Below are positions 47,869 through 59,163 of a stretch of DNA of 64,000 nucleotides, piece after piece. A program made the translations under genes and the position numbers. The DNA is from an uncultured Verrucomicrobiae bacterium. Its GTDB lineage: Bacteria; Verrucomicrobiota; Verrucomicrobiia; Limisphaerales; Palsa-1400. Positions within the stretch are counted from its first letter, which is position 1. Each line of letters begins with the position of its first letter. Location: NCBI GenBank assembly GCA_963707025.1, contig CAVPOM010000009.1:160001-224000 (forward strand). The letters run 5' to 3'. The notes beneath the pieces were generated by a model, which was not told the origin of the DNA, ran no database searches, and saw only the letters and a program-made list of their open reading frames with translations.

Positions 47869-50800
47869 CTATTTGTTCAATGTTTCGTCCAGGTTCATCA
47901 ACTCGTTGGCCACCATCGTGTAAGCCGCGAGCGAGGCCGGGTCAACTTTCGCGTCCGGCTTGGATTCTCCCACCGCCAGCAAATCCGCCGTGTCGCGCGG
48001 CGACTGGCGGTAATGCGCCATGAAATCGCCCAGGCCGGATTGGACCACTTTTTTTTCCTCCGCGCGCAGGGGCCGCGCCAGCAACCGTTCCGCCATGAAA
48101 TCCATCCGCGCCGCGGGATTGGCGCTCTTTTCCAACGCCGCCTGCGCCAGATTTCGCGCCGCCTCCACGAATTGCGGATCATTGAGCGTCACCAGCGCCT
48201 GCAACGGCGTGTCCGTCCGGTCCCGCTGCACCGTGCAGGTCTCCCGCGACGGCGCGTTGAAAATCTCCATGGACGCCGGCGCGGCCTGGCGCTTCCAAAA
48301 AGTATAAATGCTGCGGCGATAAAGGCCCTCTCCGCTGTCCGGCTTGTAATTGCGCGTGTCGCCGGCGGGCATGCCCACCACGCTCCAGATGCCGGGTGGT
48401 TGATACGGTTTGACGCTCGGCCCCCCGATTTTTTCCACCAGCAAACCGCTCCCGGCCAGCGCCGTGTCCCGGATCATCTCGGCATCCATGCGGAAGCGCG
48501 GACCCCGCGCCAGCAGGCGGTTCTGCGGGTCCTTTTCCAACTTCTCCGGCGTCTCCTGCGCGGACTGCCGGTAGGCGGCGGACATCACCATCAATTTGTA
48601 AATATGTTTTACATCCCAGCCCGATTCGCGGAATTCCACCGCCAGCCAGTCCAGCAAATGCGGCTGCGACGGCGGTTCGCCCGCCACTCCGAAATCGCCC
48701 GCCGTCCGCACCAGGCCGGCGCCGAAAACTTCCTGCCAGAAACGGTTCACCGCCACCCGCGCCGTCAGCGGATTTTCCGGCCGCATCAGCCACTGGGCAA
48801 AGCCCAGCCGGTTGCGCGGCGCCTCCGCCGGCATCGGCGGCAAGGCCCCCGGGGTGGCCGGGGTAACGCGCTCGCGCCGCTGGTCGTATGCGCCCCGGAA
48901 AAGCACGTAAGCCGCGGGCGCGTTGGTCCGGTCCTGCATGACGTAGGCGACCGTGCCGCGTTTGCGGATTTCCATTTCCTCCGCGGCGAGCCGCGCCTTC
49001 ACCGCCACGGCTTCCCGATAGGGGGCGTCCAGTTGGTCCAGCCACAGCGCGACCATTTCCTCCTGCTCATTCTGCTTCAAGCCCGCCGCCGGCCTGCCCG
49101 CCAGCCATTGCAGGCGCGGCACTTCCGCCAGCCCGCGCGTCTCCTCCCGGTTCAAGGCGCGGTCATAAATCCGCAAATCCTGCAGGCCCGCGCCCGCCAC
49201 CACCGAACCGGTGTCGCGCTGGCCGATCTTGAAGGGCGCCTTGGTGCGGATGCTTTGCGTGAGGGAATCCTTGTCAATCGTCACCTCCTGCAATTCGCCG
49301 TTGATATAGATTTTCACCCCGCCCGCCTTCGATGAGCCGTTGTAGGTCACGCAGACGTGATTCCATTTATCGCGCGCCAATTCCTTTTTGGCGATGACTT
49401 TGATGGCGTTGTCCGGCCAACTGTGGATGAGGTGAATCGCCGGCTTGCTCTCGTCCAAAAACATATCCCAGCCGCGATAATCGCCATCCTTGTCCTGCAT
49501 CCGGGCGAACACCGCCCCATTGCCCACCTTTTCAATCTTCAGCCAGACGGCGTAGCTGAAGGCCTCGTCCCGCGCGAAATCGCCCACATTGGTCAGCGGC
49601 GGCACAGGCGGTTTTCCGGTGGTGAAAGCCTGCGCCGCCACCGCGCCGTCCTGCCACGCCAGGTTGGTTGCCAGTTCCAGATGTTGCTCCGCGCCGCCCG
49701 CGAAAATGGCCGCGCCATTGGTTCCGCCGTCATCCAGCGGCGCGTGGAACACCGGCTCCCCGGCCGGCAGGTTTGTGGCCAGCGCCGCCCAATCCGGGTG
49801 GGCCAGCCAGTTGGTCATCTCCACTTTTCCCTGCGTCTTGCGCTGCGCGATCCGCTCTTGGCCGGCCGATTCCTCCGCCGGCAACTCGCCCCACCGCTTT
49901 TCGTCGGCGGCCTTGGGAATCGTCAGGACCGGCGGCGTGTCCTTGATGTTCCCGTCCATCGCCTTCTGCGTCGTGTTGTTGAAAAAGGCGGACAGCGCAT
50001 AAAAATCTCTCTGCGGGAACGGATCAAATTTGTGGTCGTGGCAGACGGCGCACCCGGCGGTCAGGCCGAGCCAGACTTGCGAAGTCGTCTCCGTGCGGTC
50101 GCGCGCGTAGAGCACCAGGTACTCCTCCTCGATCAAACCGCCCTCGTTGCTGGTCATGTTGCAACGGTTAAAACCGCTGGCTGTTTTCTGGTCGCGCGTC
50201 GCGTTGGGCAGCAAGTCCCCTGCCAGTTGCTCGATGGTGAACTGGTCAAACCTCATGTTCGCGTTGAACGCATGGATGACCCAGTCGCGATACGTCCACA
50301 TCTCCCGGTAATTGTCGAAATGAATCCCGTGCGTGTCCCCGTAGCGCGCCGCGTCCAGCCAGTAACGCGCCCGGTGCTCGCCCCAGCGCGGCGACGCCAG
50401 CAGACGGTCCACCACCTTCTCATAAGCGTCCGGCGAGTGGTCGCTCACGAACGCCTCCACCTCCTCCGGCGTCGGCGGCAGCCCGGTCAAATCCAGGCTC
50501 ACCCGGCGGATCAAGGTGCGCCGGTCAGCCTCGCGCGCCGGCTTGAGTTTTTCCTGGTCCAGCCGCTCCAGAATGAAGGCGTCAATGGGGTTCCGCACCC
50601 AGCGCGCATTGCTCACCTTCGGCAACGCCGCCCGTTGCGGCGCCACAAAGGACCAGTGCGGCTCATATTTCGCGCCCGCGGCAATCCATTTCTTCAAAGT
50701 CTCTTTCTGCTGCGGCGTCAAAACCTTCTGCGTCTTTTCCGGCGGCATCACGTCGTCGTCCGTCGCAAAAATCCGGCGCACCAATTCGCTTCTATCCGGC

Positions 50801-51111
50801 TGGCCGGGGACAATCGGCCAGCAGCCGTCATCCAGTTTATTGGTGGCGTCCTCAAAACGATCCAGCCGGAGATGCGCCTTGCGGGCCGCCGAATCGGTGC
50901 CGTGGCACCGGAAGCAATTCTCCGAAAAAATGGGCCGGACCTCGCGGTTATATTCGGGCGCCGCCGCCACCGGAGACGCGGCCGCCGCAGGCAGGCCAGC
51001 CGCCATCAGCGACAGGGCCGCCATCTCTCCGCGCCACCGTCGGAACCGGGCGCAAACCCGAACTTGTGAAAATCTTGTCACCGTCACACAACCTTGCCGC
51101 CGCCCCTCCAT
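47869..51111 (-). CDS. Planctomycete-type cytochrome c / DUF1549-DUF1553 protein with LamG-like insert
   Basis: CFRCH and CAVCHDHKFDP heme motifs, NPIDAF, LIRRVSLDLTGLPP, NPLTARV.VNR.WQ, TPLQAL; start uncertain (ATG 51024 possible). Confidence 0.92.
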   Translation of the reverse strand: MEGRRQGCVTVTRFSQVRVCARFRRWRGEMAALSLMAAGLPAAAASPVAAAPEYNREVRPIFSENCFRCHGTDSAARKAHLRLDRFEDATNKLDDGCWPIVPGQPDRSELVRRIFATDDDVMPPEKTQKVLTPQQKETLKKWIAAGAKYEPHWSFVAPQRAALPKVSNARWVRNPIDAFILERLDQEKLKPAREADRRTLIRRVSLDLTGLPPTPEEVEAFVSDHSPDAYEKVVDRLLASPRWGEHRARYWLDAARYGDTHGIHFDNYREMWTYRDWVIHAFNANMRFDQFTIEQLAGDLLPNATRDQKTASGFNRCNMTSNEGGLIEEEYLVLYARDRTETTSQVWLGLTAGCAVCHDHKFDPFPQRDFYALSAFFNNTTQKAMDGNIKDTPPVLTIPKAADEKRWGELPAEESAGQERIAQRKTQGKVEMTNWLAHPDWAALATNLPAGEPVFHAPLDDGGTNGAAIFAGGAEQHLELATNLAWQDGAVAAQAFTTGKPPVPPLTNVGDFARDEAFSYAVWLKIEKVGNGAVFARMQDKDGDYRGWDMFLDESKPAIHLIHSWPDNAIKVIAKKELARDKWNHVCVTYNGSSKAGGVKIYINGELQEVTIDKDSLTQSIRTKAPFKIGQRDTGSVVAGAGLQDLRIYDRALNREETRGLAEVPRLQWLAGRPAAGLKQNEQEEMVALWLDQLDAPYREAVAVKARLAAEEMEIRKRGTVAYVMQDRTNAPAAYVLFRGAYDQRRERVTPATPGALPPMPAEAPRNRLGFAQWLMRPENPLTARVAVNRFWQEVFGAGLVRTAGDFGVAGEPPSQPHLLDWLAVEFRESGWDVKHIYKLMVMSAAYRQSAQETPEKLEKDPQNRLLARGPRFRMDAEMIRDTALAGSGLLVEKIGGPSVKPYQPPGIWSVVGMPAGDTRNYKPDSGEGLYRRSIYTFWKRQAAPASMEIFNAPSRETCTVQRDRTDTPLQALVTLNDPQFVEAARNLAQAALEKSANPAARMDFMAERLLARPLRAEEKKVVQSGLGDFMAHYRQSPRDTADLLAVGESKPDAKVDPASLAAYTMVANELMNLDETLNK

Positions 51112-51277
51112 CGCCCGGCTTTGCCAGGCGAAGAAAGCGGCGGGGAAAATCTAAAGCACATCCGTTTCATTCAATTGCGACAGCAACTAAATTAACACAC
51201 AATGGAACCCTTTGTCGAACAAAATCCACAGGTCTTCACTGCCCTGTTCCGAACCCTTGCCCGCGCCCCTTCCCACA

Positions 51278-51426
51278 TCACTCGCAGGGCGGGTGCCAAT
51301 AATTCTGCATCGCCTCGCGCGACCACGCGGGCCGAACCACTGGCGCAGGTCGGAGGAACTCAGCCATGACCGGCTTGATGTCCAGCACCGGGGCTCCGTC
51401 AACCCCGTCCAACCCGGAAACATGCA
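51278..51426 (-). pseudogene. C-terminal remnant of a TsaA/TrmO-like methyltransferase
   Basis: LHVSGLDGVDGAPVLDIKPVMAEF...PAWSREAMQNYW without the N-terminal part. Confidence 0.65.
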
Positions 51427-51692
51427 GGGGTGAGTCATGGTGGTCCGGCGCCACCCGAAATGGCACTCCCGCGGTTTGCTCCGTGATTTTTTCTGGATGT
51501 GATCGAGTAAATCGGGGAAGCGTCCCGGATGGTCATCGCCCTGGCGGCAAAACGGCCTTTGGGGATTGTCATTGACCGGAGACGAAGGTTTTTGCTAGAT
51601 TCCAGTTAACGCCCTCATCGGACTTTTCTCTGGCCGCCGCCAGTTTCGAGTGCGGCCGGCATTCCGTTGCGGCCCGTACGCTCATCTCGCAA

Positions 51693-54600
51693 ATGGTTAT
51701 GCCAGCGTCGAAACCGAGTCCGCCCGCACAGGTGAAATTGAGAAACCACTGGCCGGCCCGCTATGCTTTCGCGCTGGTGATGGTTGGGGCGGCCTTTCTC
51801 CTCCGGTGGGGACTGACCCGGCTGGTGGGCGGCGGTTTGCCCCTTTTCATCACGTTTTACCCGGTTGTCATGCTTTCGGCTTTGCTCGGAGGCGTTGGGC
51901 CGGGTCTGGTCGCCACAGCGGCCGTAGCGCTGGGGGTGGATTATTTCATTTTGAGGCCGACAGGGGCGTTTGCCGTGGGGGGCGTGGCTGACGGCGTCGG
52001 TCTGGCTTTTTTCACGGGCATGGGCGTGTTTATGAGCGTGGTCGCGGAGCTTTGCCGCCGGGCCCGGCTCAAGGCGGCGTCCTATGAGATGGAGGCGTTT
52101 TTGCGCGAGCAGCTCGAAGCGCCGGCCCGCTGGTCCAGGCAGGGTTTGCTGCTCAACGCGGGACTGGTGGTGTCTCTGGCTGTCCTGGCCGCGGCGGGGG
52201 CGCAGTCTGCCCGGAACCTGCGGGCCGTGGCCAGTGCCGATGAATTGGAGACGCATTCCCGAGTGGTGATTCAGGAACTGGACCGGTTGCTTTCGGCCTT
52301 GAAGGACGCGGAAAGCGGCCAGCGCGGCTACCTGCTCACCGGGGAGGAGAAATACCTGGAACCGTACCAGATCGCGCTGGGCCTGGTGCAGAGCAATCTG
52401 GCCGGCGTGAAGCTGCTTGCCCAGGACGACGCCGCCCAGACGCGACGTCTGGCCGGCATCGAAGCCCTTATTTTGGAGAAGACCGCGGAATTGAAGCAAA
52501 CTATCGAATTGCGTCGCTCGCAGGGCTTGCCGGCCGCCCTCGAGGTCGTGACCACGGACAAAGGTAAAATCACTATGGACCAAATCCGCCAGCGCATAGC
52601 CGAGGCCCAGGCGGACGAGGACCGGTTGCTGCAAGAGCGGGCCGTGGCCAAGAGCGCCGAGGCCGGCAAAACCCTCCAGGCCCTGCTGGCGGGCGGCGTT
52701 CTGGCCTTCCTCCTGCTGATCGCAGTCTTTCTCTTCCTCAAGCAGGAAATCGTCCGGCGCACCAAGGCCGAAGCCGACATGCGCCAGCATCGGGACCACC
52801 TGTAGGAAATGGTGGCGGCGCGCACCGGGGAACTGGGCCGGTCGAACGAGCAGCTCAAGAAAGAAATCAAAGAGCACCAGCAGGCCGAGGAGGTGATTGG
52901 AAGGTCGGAAGCGAAGTATCGCGCTTTGTTCGACTCGATGATCGAGGGTTTTTGCATCATCGAGATGGTTTTTGACGCGCAGGAACGGCCCGTTGATTTT
53001 CGCTTCCTGGAAGTCAATCCCGCGTTTGAAAAGCACACCGGGTTGCACAACGCACAGGGCCGGTTGATGCGCGAGCTGGCCCCGGAGCATGAAGCCCATT
53101 GGTTTGAACTTTACGGCCAGGTGGCCGCGACCGGTCAACCCGCGCAGTTTGTGGCCCAGGCAAAGGCGCTGGACCGTTGGCTGGAAGTGTCTGCCTATCG
53201 GGTGGGTGGGAAGGAAAGTCGAAAAGTGGCCGTCCTTTTCAACGATGTCACCGAGCGCAAGCGCGCGGCGGAGGCGCACACCCGGCTGGCGGCGATCGTC
53301 GAGTCGTCCAATGATGCCATTCTTTCCAAAGACCTGGGCGGAGCCATCACCAGTTGGAACGCGGGGGCCGAGCGGCTGTTCGGGTACACCCCCGGGGAAG
53401 TGATGGGCCGTTCGATCAGGTTGCTCGTGCCTCCGGATCGCCAGGACGAAGAAGACGCCATCATGGCGCGCCTGCTGGCGGGGGAACGGGTGGACCGCTT
53501 CGAAACCGTCCGCTTGGCCAGGGATGGGCGCAGCCTGGCGGTGTCGGTGGTCATATCGCCCATAAAGGATGGCGGGGGCCGGGTCATTGGCGCCTCCAAG
53601 ATTGTCCGCGACATTACCGAGCGCAAACAAAAAGACGAAGAGCTGCAAAAACTCAACCGCACTTTGAAGGCGCTCAAGGAGAGCAGCCAGGCGATGACGC
53701 GCGCCAGTTCTGAAACCGGGTATCTGGACGAGGTCTGCAAGGATGTCATCGCCAACTGCGGCTATGCCATGGTGTGGATCGGTTTTGCCGAAGAGGACGA
53801 AGGCCGGACCGTCCGCCCGGTCGCCTACGCCGGCTTTGCGCAAGGCTATCTGGAGACTCTCCAGGTTAGCTGGGCCGATAACGAACGCGGTCGCGGCCCC
53901 ACCGGGACCGCCATTCGCACCGGCAAGCCCTGCCTGTGCAGAAACATGCTGACCGACCCCGTCTTGGCGCCCTGGCGGACCGAGGCGCTCAAGCACGGCC
54001 TTTGCTCTTCCCTGGTCCTGCCGCTGCTGTCCGAAGGCAAGGCCTTTGGCAGCATCACCGTTTACTCGCGCCAGGCCGATGCCTTCTCCGGAGACGAGGT
54101 TCGGATGCTGGCCGAATTGGCCGACGATGTTTCCAACTGCATTCGGAGTCTGCGCGCCGTCTCCCGGCGCCAGCGGGCGGAACGGCGCACCGAGTTGCTC
54201 GCCGATGCGGCCAGCCGGCTGCTCAGCAGCGATGACCCGCCAGGCGTTGTGGAGGAGCTGTGCGGGAAAGTGCTCCAATTCCTCGATTGCCAGATGTTCC
54301 TCAATTTCCTGGTGGACGACCAGCATGGCCAGACGTGCTTCGATTTCCTGACGGAGGAGAAGCAACGGCGCCTTCGCCTCCATGCTTGCGCGGGCCTTCC
54401 CATGGCGGAAGCCGAGAGGATCGAAAGGCGGGACTACTGCTCCGCCCTGTGCGGTGGCGCCGCCCGCGACGGTTGCCGCTTTGTCGCCGGGAGCATCCAG
54501 GAAAGGCCCGACCCGCGAAGCGACTGGGTCAAGCCTTATGGAATTGAGGCCTACGCCTGCCACCCTTTAATGGCCGGTGGACGGTTTTTCGGAGCCATCT

Positions 54601-55418
54601 CCTTCGGCACGCGCACGCGCAAGAATTTCACCGAGGAAGAATTGTCCTTCATGAAAGCGGTGGCCGACCTGATGGTGACGGCGATTGACCGGAGGCAGGC
54701 GCAGACCGCCCTGCAGTTGACTGCCGAGGAAGTCAAGCGGTCCAATCGCGACCTGGAACAGTTCGCCTACATTGCCTCGCACGACCTGCAGGAGCCGTTG
54801 CGCGCCGTGGGCGGTTATGTGGCGCTGTTGCAACGCCGCTTCCCGGGAAACCTGGACGCCAAGGCGCTGGAATACATCAACGGCGCGCTGGAGGGCGTCA
54901 GCCGCATGGAGCAGCTCATCGGCGATCTGCTCGCCTTTTCGCGCGCGGGCACTCACGGCGGGGCTTTCGCCCGCGCCGACCTGCAGGCCATCCTGAACAA
55001 TACCTTGCACAACCTCCGCACCAGTATCGAACGCACCCAGGCCAAAGTCACCTGCGATGTCTTGCCGACGCTGACGGCGGATGCCACCCAGGTCATGCAG
55101 ATTTTCCAGAACCTCATCGGCAACGCCATCAAGTTCCGCAGCCAGCGCCCGCCGGAGATCCATGTGGGCGTCCAAAAGCAGCCGGGCTTTTGGGTCTTCT
55201 CCGTCCGGGACAACGGGATTGGCATTGAAGCGCAGTATTTTGATCGCATTTTCCAGATTTTCCAACGCTTGAACACGCGCAAGCATTATCCCGGCACCGG
55301 CATCGGCCTGGCCATCTGCAAGAAAATGGTCGAGCGCCACGGCGGGGCCATCTGGGTCGAGTCCGTGCCGGGGCAAGGCTCGACTTTCTACTTTTCCCTG
55401 CCGGAAACTCAGCAATAA
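51693..55418 (+). pseudogene. Membrane sensor kinase (DUF4118-like TM, CHASE3, PAS x2, GAF x2, HisKA) split by an in-frame TAG at 52803-52805
   Basis: ORFs 51693-52805 and 52809-55418 share a frame; DAESGQRGYLLTG (CHASE3), RGRGPTG (GAF), [14 protein letters not shown]. Confidence 0.85.
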
Positions 55419-55431
55419 AACCACATGACGT

Positions 55432-55905
55432 ATGACCGCAAACCATGAACACCCCGTTGAAATCCTGCTGGTCGAAGACAGTCCCAGTGATACCGAACTG
55501 ACGATGGAGGCTCTGAAAGAGGCCAAAGTCCGCAATCACCTCACCATCGTGGAGGACGGGGTGCAAGCCCTCGAATTCCTCCGGCGGCAAGGCATGTATG
55601 GCGGGGCGCCCCGGCCGGATCTGATCCTGCTGGACCTGAATCTCCCGCGCAAGGATGGCCGCGAAATCCTGGCCGAAATCAAGACAGATGACCAGCTCAA
55701 GACCATTCCCGTGGTGGTGCTGACCACTTCCCGCGCCGAGCAGGACGTGTTCGAGTGCTATAAGTACCACGCCAATTGTTATATTACCAAGCCGGTGAAT
55801 TTGGAGCAGTTCTTGAATGTCGTCCGTTCCATTGAATCTTTCTGGCTGATGGTGGTGACCCTGCCGCCCGCGCCCAAGGCCCCTGCGGAGGGCTGGAAAT
55901 GTTAA
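55432..55905 (+). CDS. Single-domain response regulator (Rcp1-like)
   Basis: [29 protein letters not shown]. Confidence 0.94.
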   Translation: MTANHEHPVEILLVEDSPSDTELTMEALKEAKVRNHLTIVEDGVQALEFLRRQGMYGGAPRPDLILLDLNLPRKDGREILAEIKTDDQLKTIPVVVLTTSRAEQDVFECYKYHANCYITKPVNLEQFLNVVRSIESFWLMVVTLPPAPKAPAEGWKC

Positions 55906-55962
55906 GGCCCGGCCAGGCCAAGCCCCGGACACTGAATCCTGGAGGCAAAGCTGCTTGACGTT

Positions 55963-57180
55963 GTGTTTGCGCCGATCCAATTAAGAGTTCTTTTGGTGGA
56001 GGACAGCCCGTCGGACGCGGCGCTGGTGGAGGAATCGCTCAGGGAGGATGGCTTGGGCCAATTTGAGATTACGCATGTCGAGACTTTGGCCGAAGCGATG
56101 AGGCTGGCGCGGCAGGCCAACTTTGACGTGTCGCTTTTGGACCTGACCCTGCCGGACAGCTCGGGCCGGGAGACCTTTCTGCGCGCGCGGGCGGAAGCTC
56201 CGGCGTTGCCCATTGTGGTCATGACCAGACTGGCCGATGAGGCGATTGGGCTCGAAGCCGTGCGCCACGGCATTGATGACTACCTCATCAAAGGCCAGAC
56301 CAATGGGCGGCAAACCGCCCGTTCCATCCGCTACGCCATCGAGCGAAAGCATGGGGAAACGGCGCTCAAACGGGCGGAAGCCGCCCTGCAACAGGAGCGC
56401 GCCCAGCTTGAAGAAAGAGTCCGGGAGCGCACGGCCGATCTTTCGGCGCTCAATGAGGTGCTCCAGACGGAAATACGGCAACGCCAGCGCGCCGAGGAGT
56501 CCAACCAGTTGGTGCGGCGGCGTTTGGCCGAGGCCCAGGAAACCGAGCGGGGGCGCATCTCGCGGGAATTGCACGACCGCCTGGGACAGGACCTGACCGC
56601 CCTCAAACTGGGGCTGCAGAACCTGCGCCAGCAAGGTCCTGCCACCCTGGCAGTGGGAGAACATCTCAGCACGCTGGAGAAGCTGGCGGAAGGACTGATG
56701 CTTGACATCCACCGGCTGGCGTGGGATTTGCGGCCCTCGGTGCTGGACGACCTGGGCTTGGACCGGGCCTTGCAGCGCCATGCCGACGAATGGTCCCGGA
56801 ACACCGGCGTGCCGGTGGACTTGCATACGGGCGCGGATTTGAGAACCAACCGGCTGCCGCAAGAATTGGAAACCACCCTCTACCGCGTCGCCCAGGAAGC
56901 GCTGACCAATGTGGCCCGCCACACCCAAGCCAAACGCGTCAGTGTGCTGCTGGAACGCCGGGCCGGCTTTGTCTCCCTCATCGTCGAGGACGATGGCCCG
57001 GGCTTCGACGCCCAAGGCGTCTTAGCCGCGCCCGCCGGCCCGGGCAAATTAGGTTTGCTGGGGATGCAGGAACGAGTCAGGCTGGCGGGCGGCACCCTGA
57101 CCGTCGAGTCCGCCCCGGGGGCGGGCACCACGGTGTTCGCCCGTTTGCCGCTGGAGCCGAAGGCGGAAAGCGGCGGCTGA
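55963..57180 (+). CDS. REC + HisKA_3 histidine kinase
   Basis: [52 protein letters not shown]. Confidence 0.92.
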   Translation: MFAPIQLRVLLVEDSPSDAALVEESLREDGLGQFEITHVETLAEAMRLARQANFDVSLLDLTLPDSSGRETFLRARAEAPALPIVVMTRLADEAIGLEAVRHGIDDYLIKGQTNGRQTARSIRYAIERKHGETALKRAEAALQQERAQLEERVRERTADLSALNEVLQTEIRQRQRAEESNQLVRRRLAEAQETERGRISRELHDRLGQDLTALKLGLQNLRQQGPATLAVGEHLSTLEKLAEGLMLDIHRLAWDLRPSVLDDLGLDRALQRHADEWSRNTGVPVDLHTGADLRTNRLPQELETTLYRVAQEALTNVARHTQAKRVSVLLERRAGFVSLIVEDDGPGFDAQGVLAAPAGPGKLGLLGMQERVRLAGGTLTVESAPGAGTTVFARLPLEPKAESGG

Positions 57181-57189
57181 TTGGCCCTG

Positions 57190-57867
57190 ATGAAGAAACT
57201 GCGAATTTTGCTGGCCGATGACCATAAGATGTTGCGCGAGGGCCTTCAAGTCCTGCTCGACCGCCAGCCCGGCATGCACGTCGTCGGCGAAGCGGCCAGC
57301 GGCAAAGAGGTGCTGGCCAAGGCCGCGGCGCTCAAGCCGGATGTGGTGGTGATGGACCTTTCCATGCCTGAACTCAACGGATTGCAGGCGACCGAGTTGC
57401 TCCGGGCCAGACATCCTGCCATCAAGGTGGTGGTGCTCACCGCCCACGAAGACGAGAGCTACCTGACCCAGTTGTGCAAAGCCGGGGCGGCAGGCTATGT
57501 CCTCAAGCGTTCGCCGGGCGAGGAGTTGGTTCAGGCCATCAACATGGCGGTCGCGGGCCAGGTCTATCTCGCCCCAGCCCTGGCCGGCAAAGCGCTGGCA
57601 CGGCTGGCGGCCGGCCCGTCCGCCGGCCGGGAGACCGCCATCGCCCTGTTAAGCGAACGGGAGAAGGATGTCCTGAGCCTGATCGCCTGGGGCTACAGCA
57701 ACAAGGAAGCGGCCGACCAGCTCAACGTCAGTGTCAAAACCGTGGAGACCTACAGAGTTCGCATCGCCGAGAAGCTCGGCCTGCGCAGCCGCACCGAGCT
57801 TGTCAGATACGCCTTGCGGCAAGGCTGGTTGAACGACGCGAAGACTCCGGGACCGCTGCCACGGTAG
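57190..57867 (+). CDS. NarL/LuxR-family response regulator
   Basis: LADDH, MDLSMP, LSEREKDVL, SVKTVETYR. Confidence 0.95.
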   Translation: MKKLRILLADDHKMLREGLQVLLDRQPGMHVVGEAASGKEVLAKAAALKPDVVVMDLSMPELNGLQATELLRARHPAIKVVVLTAHEDESYLTQLCKAGAAGYVLKRSPGEELVQAINMAVAGQVYLAPALAGKALARLAAGPSAGRETAIALLSEREKDVLSLIAWGYSNKEAADQLNVSVKTVETYRVRIAEKLGLRSRTELVRYALRQGWLNDAKTPGPLPR

Positions 57868-57978
57868 CAAATGGCCTGGCCCACAGGCCCATGGCGCGTC
57901 CTGTTTGGACGGCGACAGCCAGCCGGCGCTTTCGACAGCGGGACCGATGCCCGCCCGCGCCGCAAAACCAGTTGGCGC

Positions 57979-58026
57979 TGTCCGGGGATTCCCTGACACC
58001 AAATTTCTGTTTACTCCGACTGTTCG
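57979..58026 (+). promoter_or_regulatory. 48-bp intergenic motif, copy 1
   Basis: TGTCCGGGGATTCCCTGACACCAAATTTCTGTTTACTCCGACTGTTCG; ungapped match to copies 2 and 3. Confidence 0.8.
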
Positions 58027-58165
58027 CCTTCCGGGCTGGCTGAATAACCTTGCGCCGATGGCAGGTTCGCAGCGACGGCCCAGGAGGGCCGGAGCACGGG
58101 CCAGGGCCAAGGCGTCATCCGCCTCCAGGCAACCGCGGAAACCAGGGAAGTTATGAGGATAGTTT

Positions 58166-59077
58166 ATGAAACAAAATCACCGCAATAACCAATCATCAGC
58201 CAAATCACGGGGCAGTGCAGTACTCGCCCACGCACCCAACGATGGCGGCCAGTCTTATCCAAGAGATTATCTGGAGAATCGGTTCGTTTACCTGGTCATT
58301 TCCCCGCAGGACCGCGGATTGTCCATCGGGGTCAATGTGAACCAGAATCTGAAATGCGGTTTGCCGTCCTGGGACGGCGGGATGGATCGGGCCAAACCTG
58401 CCGGCGGCGCAAACGCGGATGTCAAGAGAATGGCCACCGAACTGCATCGGACCATTGCCCTGGTGCAATCGGGCCGTCTGCGGCAGCGTCCGCCCTACGC
58501 CCATTGGCCGGAGGACTTGCTCAAACTGCGCCATGTCGCCATCAGCGGCGACGGCGAACCCACCTTGTCAAGCCATTTTGCCGAGGCCTTGGAAACCATC
58601 CTCCACCTGCGCGTGCTGGGCGGATTCCGCTTTTTCAAAATCGTGGTTGTCACAAATTCGCCGGCGCTGGACAGGCCCAAAGTCCGGCACGCGCTCCGGT
58701 GCCTCACCTCCAGGGACGAGATTTGGCTGAATTTGGATGGAGGCACTCAGGGTTATTTGAACAAGCTCGACGGCGCGCCCATCCGGCTGAAAAAAATCAT
58801 GGACAACATCCTGCTGGTTGGCCGCCAACGTCCTGTCATCATTCAGAGCTTGTTCCCCGCCATCCATGGCGCGCCTCCGCCGCCCCGCGAAATCAAGCAA
58901 TACGCGCAGCGACTCAAGGAACTCAAAAAGGCGGGCGCCCAGATTTCCTTGGTGCAAATTTGTTCCGCGGCGCAACGCCTGGCCAGGAACGGATTCAGTC
59001 ACCTCCCGCTCCAATCGCTGTCGCGCATCGCCAAAACGGTCCGGCGGGTGGCCGGACTGCGGGCGGAGGTCTTTTGA
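58166..59077 (+). CDS. Radical-SAM-fold homolog lacking the CxxxCxxC motif
   Basis: FVYLVIS...GLSIGVN, VAISGDGEPT, VVTNS, LDGGT, VIIQSLF; cluster site reads CGLPSWDG. Confidence 0.75.
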   Translation: MKQNHRNNQSSAKSRGSAVLAHAPNDGGQSYPRDYLENRFVYLVISPQDRGLSIGVNVNQNLKCGLPSWDGGMDRAKPAGGANADVKRMATELHRTIALVQSGRLRQRPPYAHWPEDLLKLRHVAISGDGEPTLSSHFAEALETILHLRVLGGFRFFKIVVVTNSPALDRPKVRHALRCLTSRDEIWLNLDGGTQGYLNKLDGAPIRLKKIMDNILLVGRQRPVIIQSLFPAIHGAPPPPREIKQYAQRLKELKKAGAQISLVQICSAAQRLARNGFSHLPLQSLSRIAKTVRRVAGLRAEVF

Positions 59078-59163
59078 GCCGCGCCCCAGACTGGCGGGCG
59101 CGCCGGGCGCGGGCCGCCGTGTGGGGGAAGCGGCGGGAGCAGGGCCGCGGCAGCGCCGGCCCT

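Noticed and set aside
21096..52805. Genome-wide TAG recoding or pyrrolysine suggested by two in-frame TAGs
   Set aside because: TAG is the true stop of dnaB (898-900) and pheA (13936-13938); no pyl genes or suppressor tRNA in the window.
51615..54563. 982-aa minus-strand ORF and other long antisense ORFs (928-2481, 2557-4074, 42196-44211, 46732-49335)
   Set aside because: They mirror well-supported genes on the opposite strand and have no recognisable motifs; expected shadow ORFs in GC-rich DNA.
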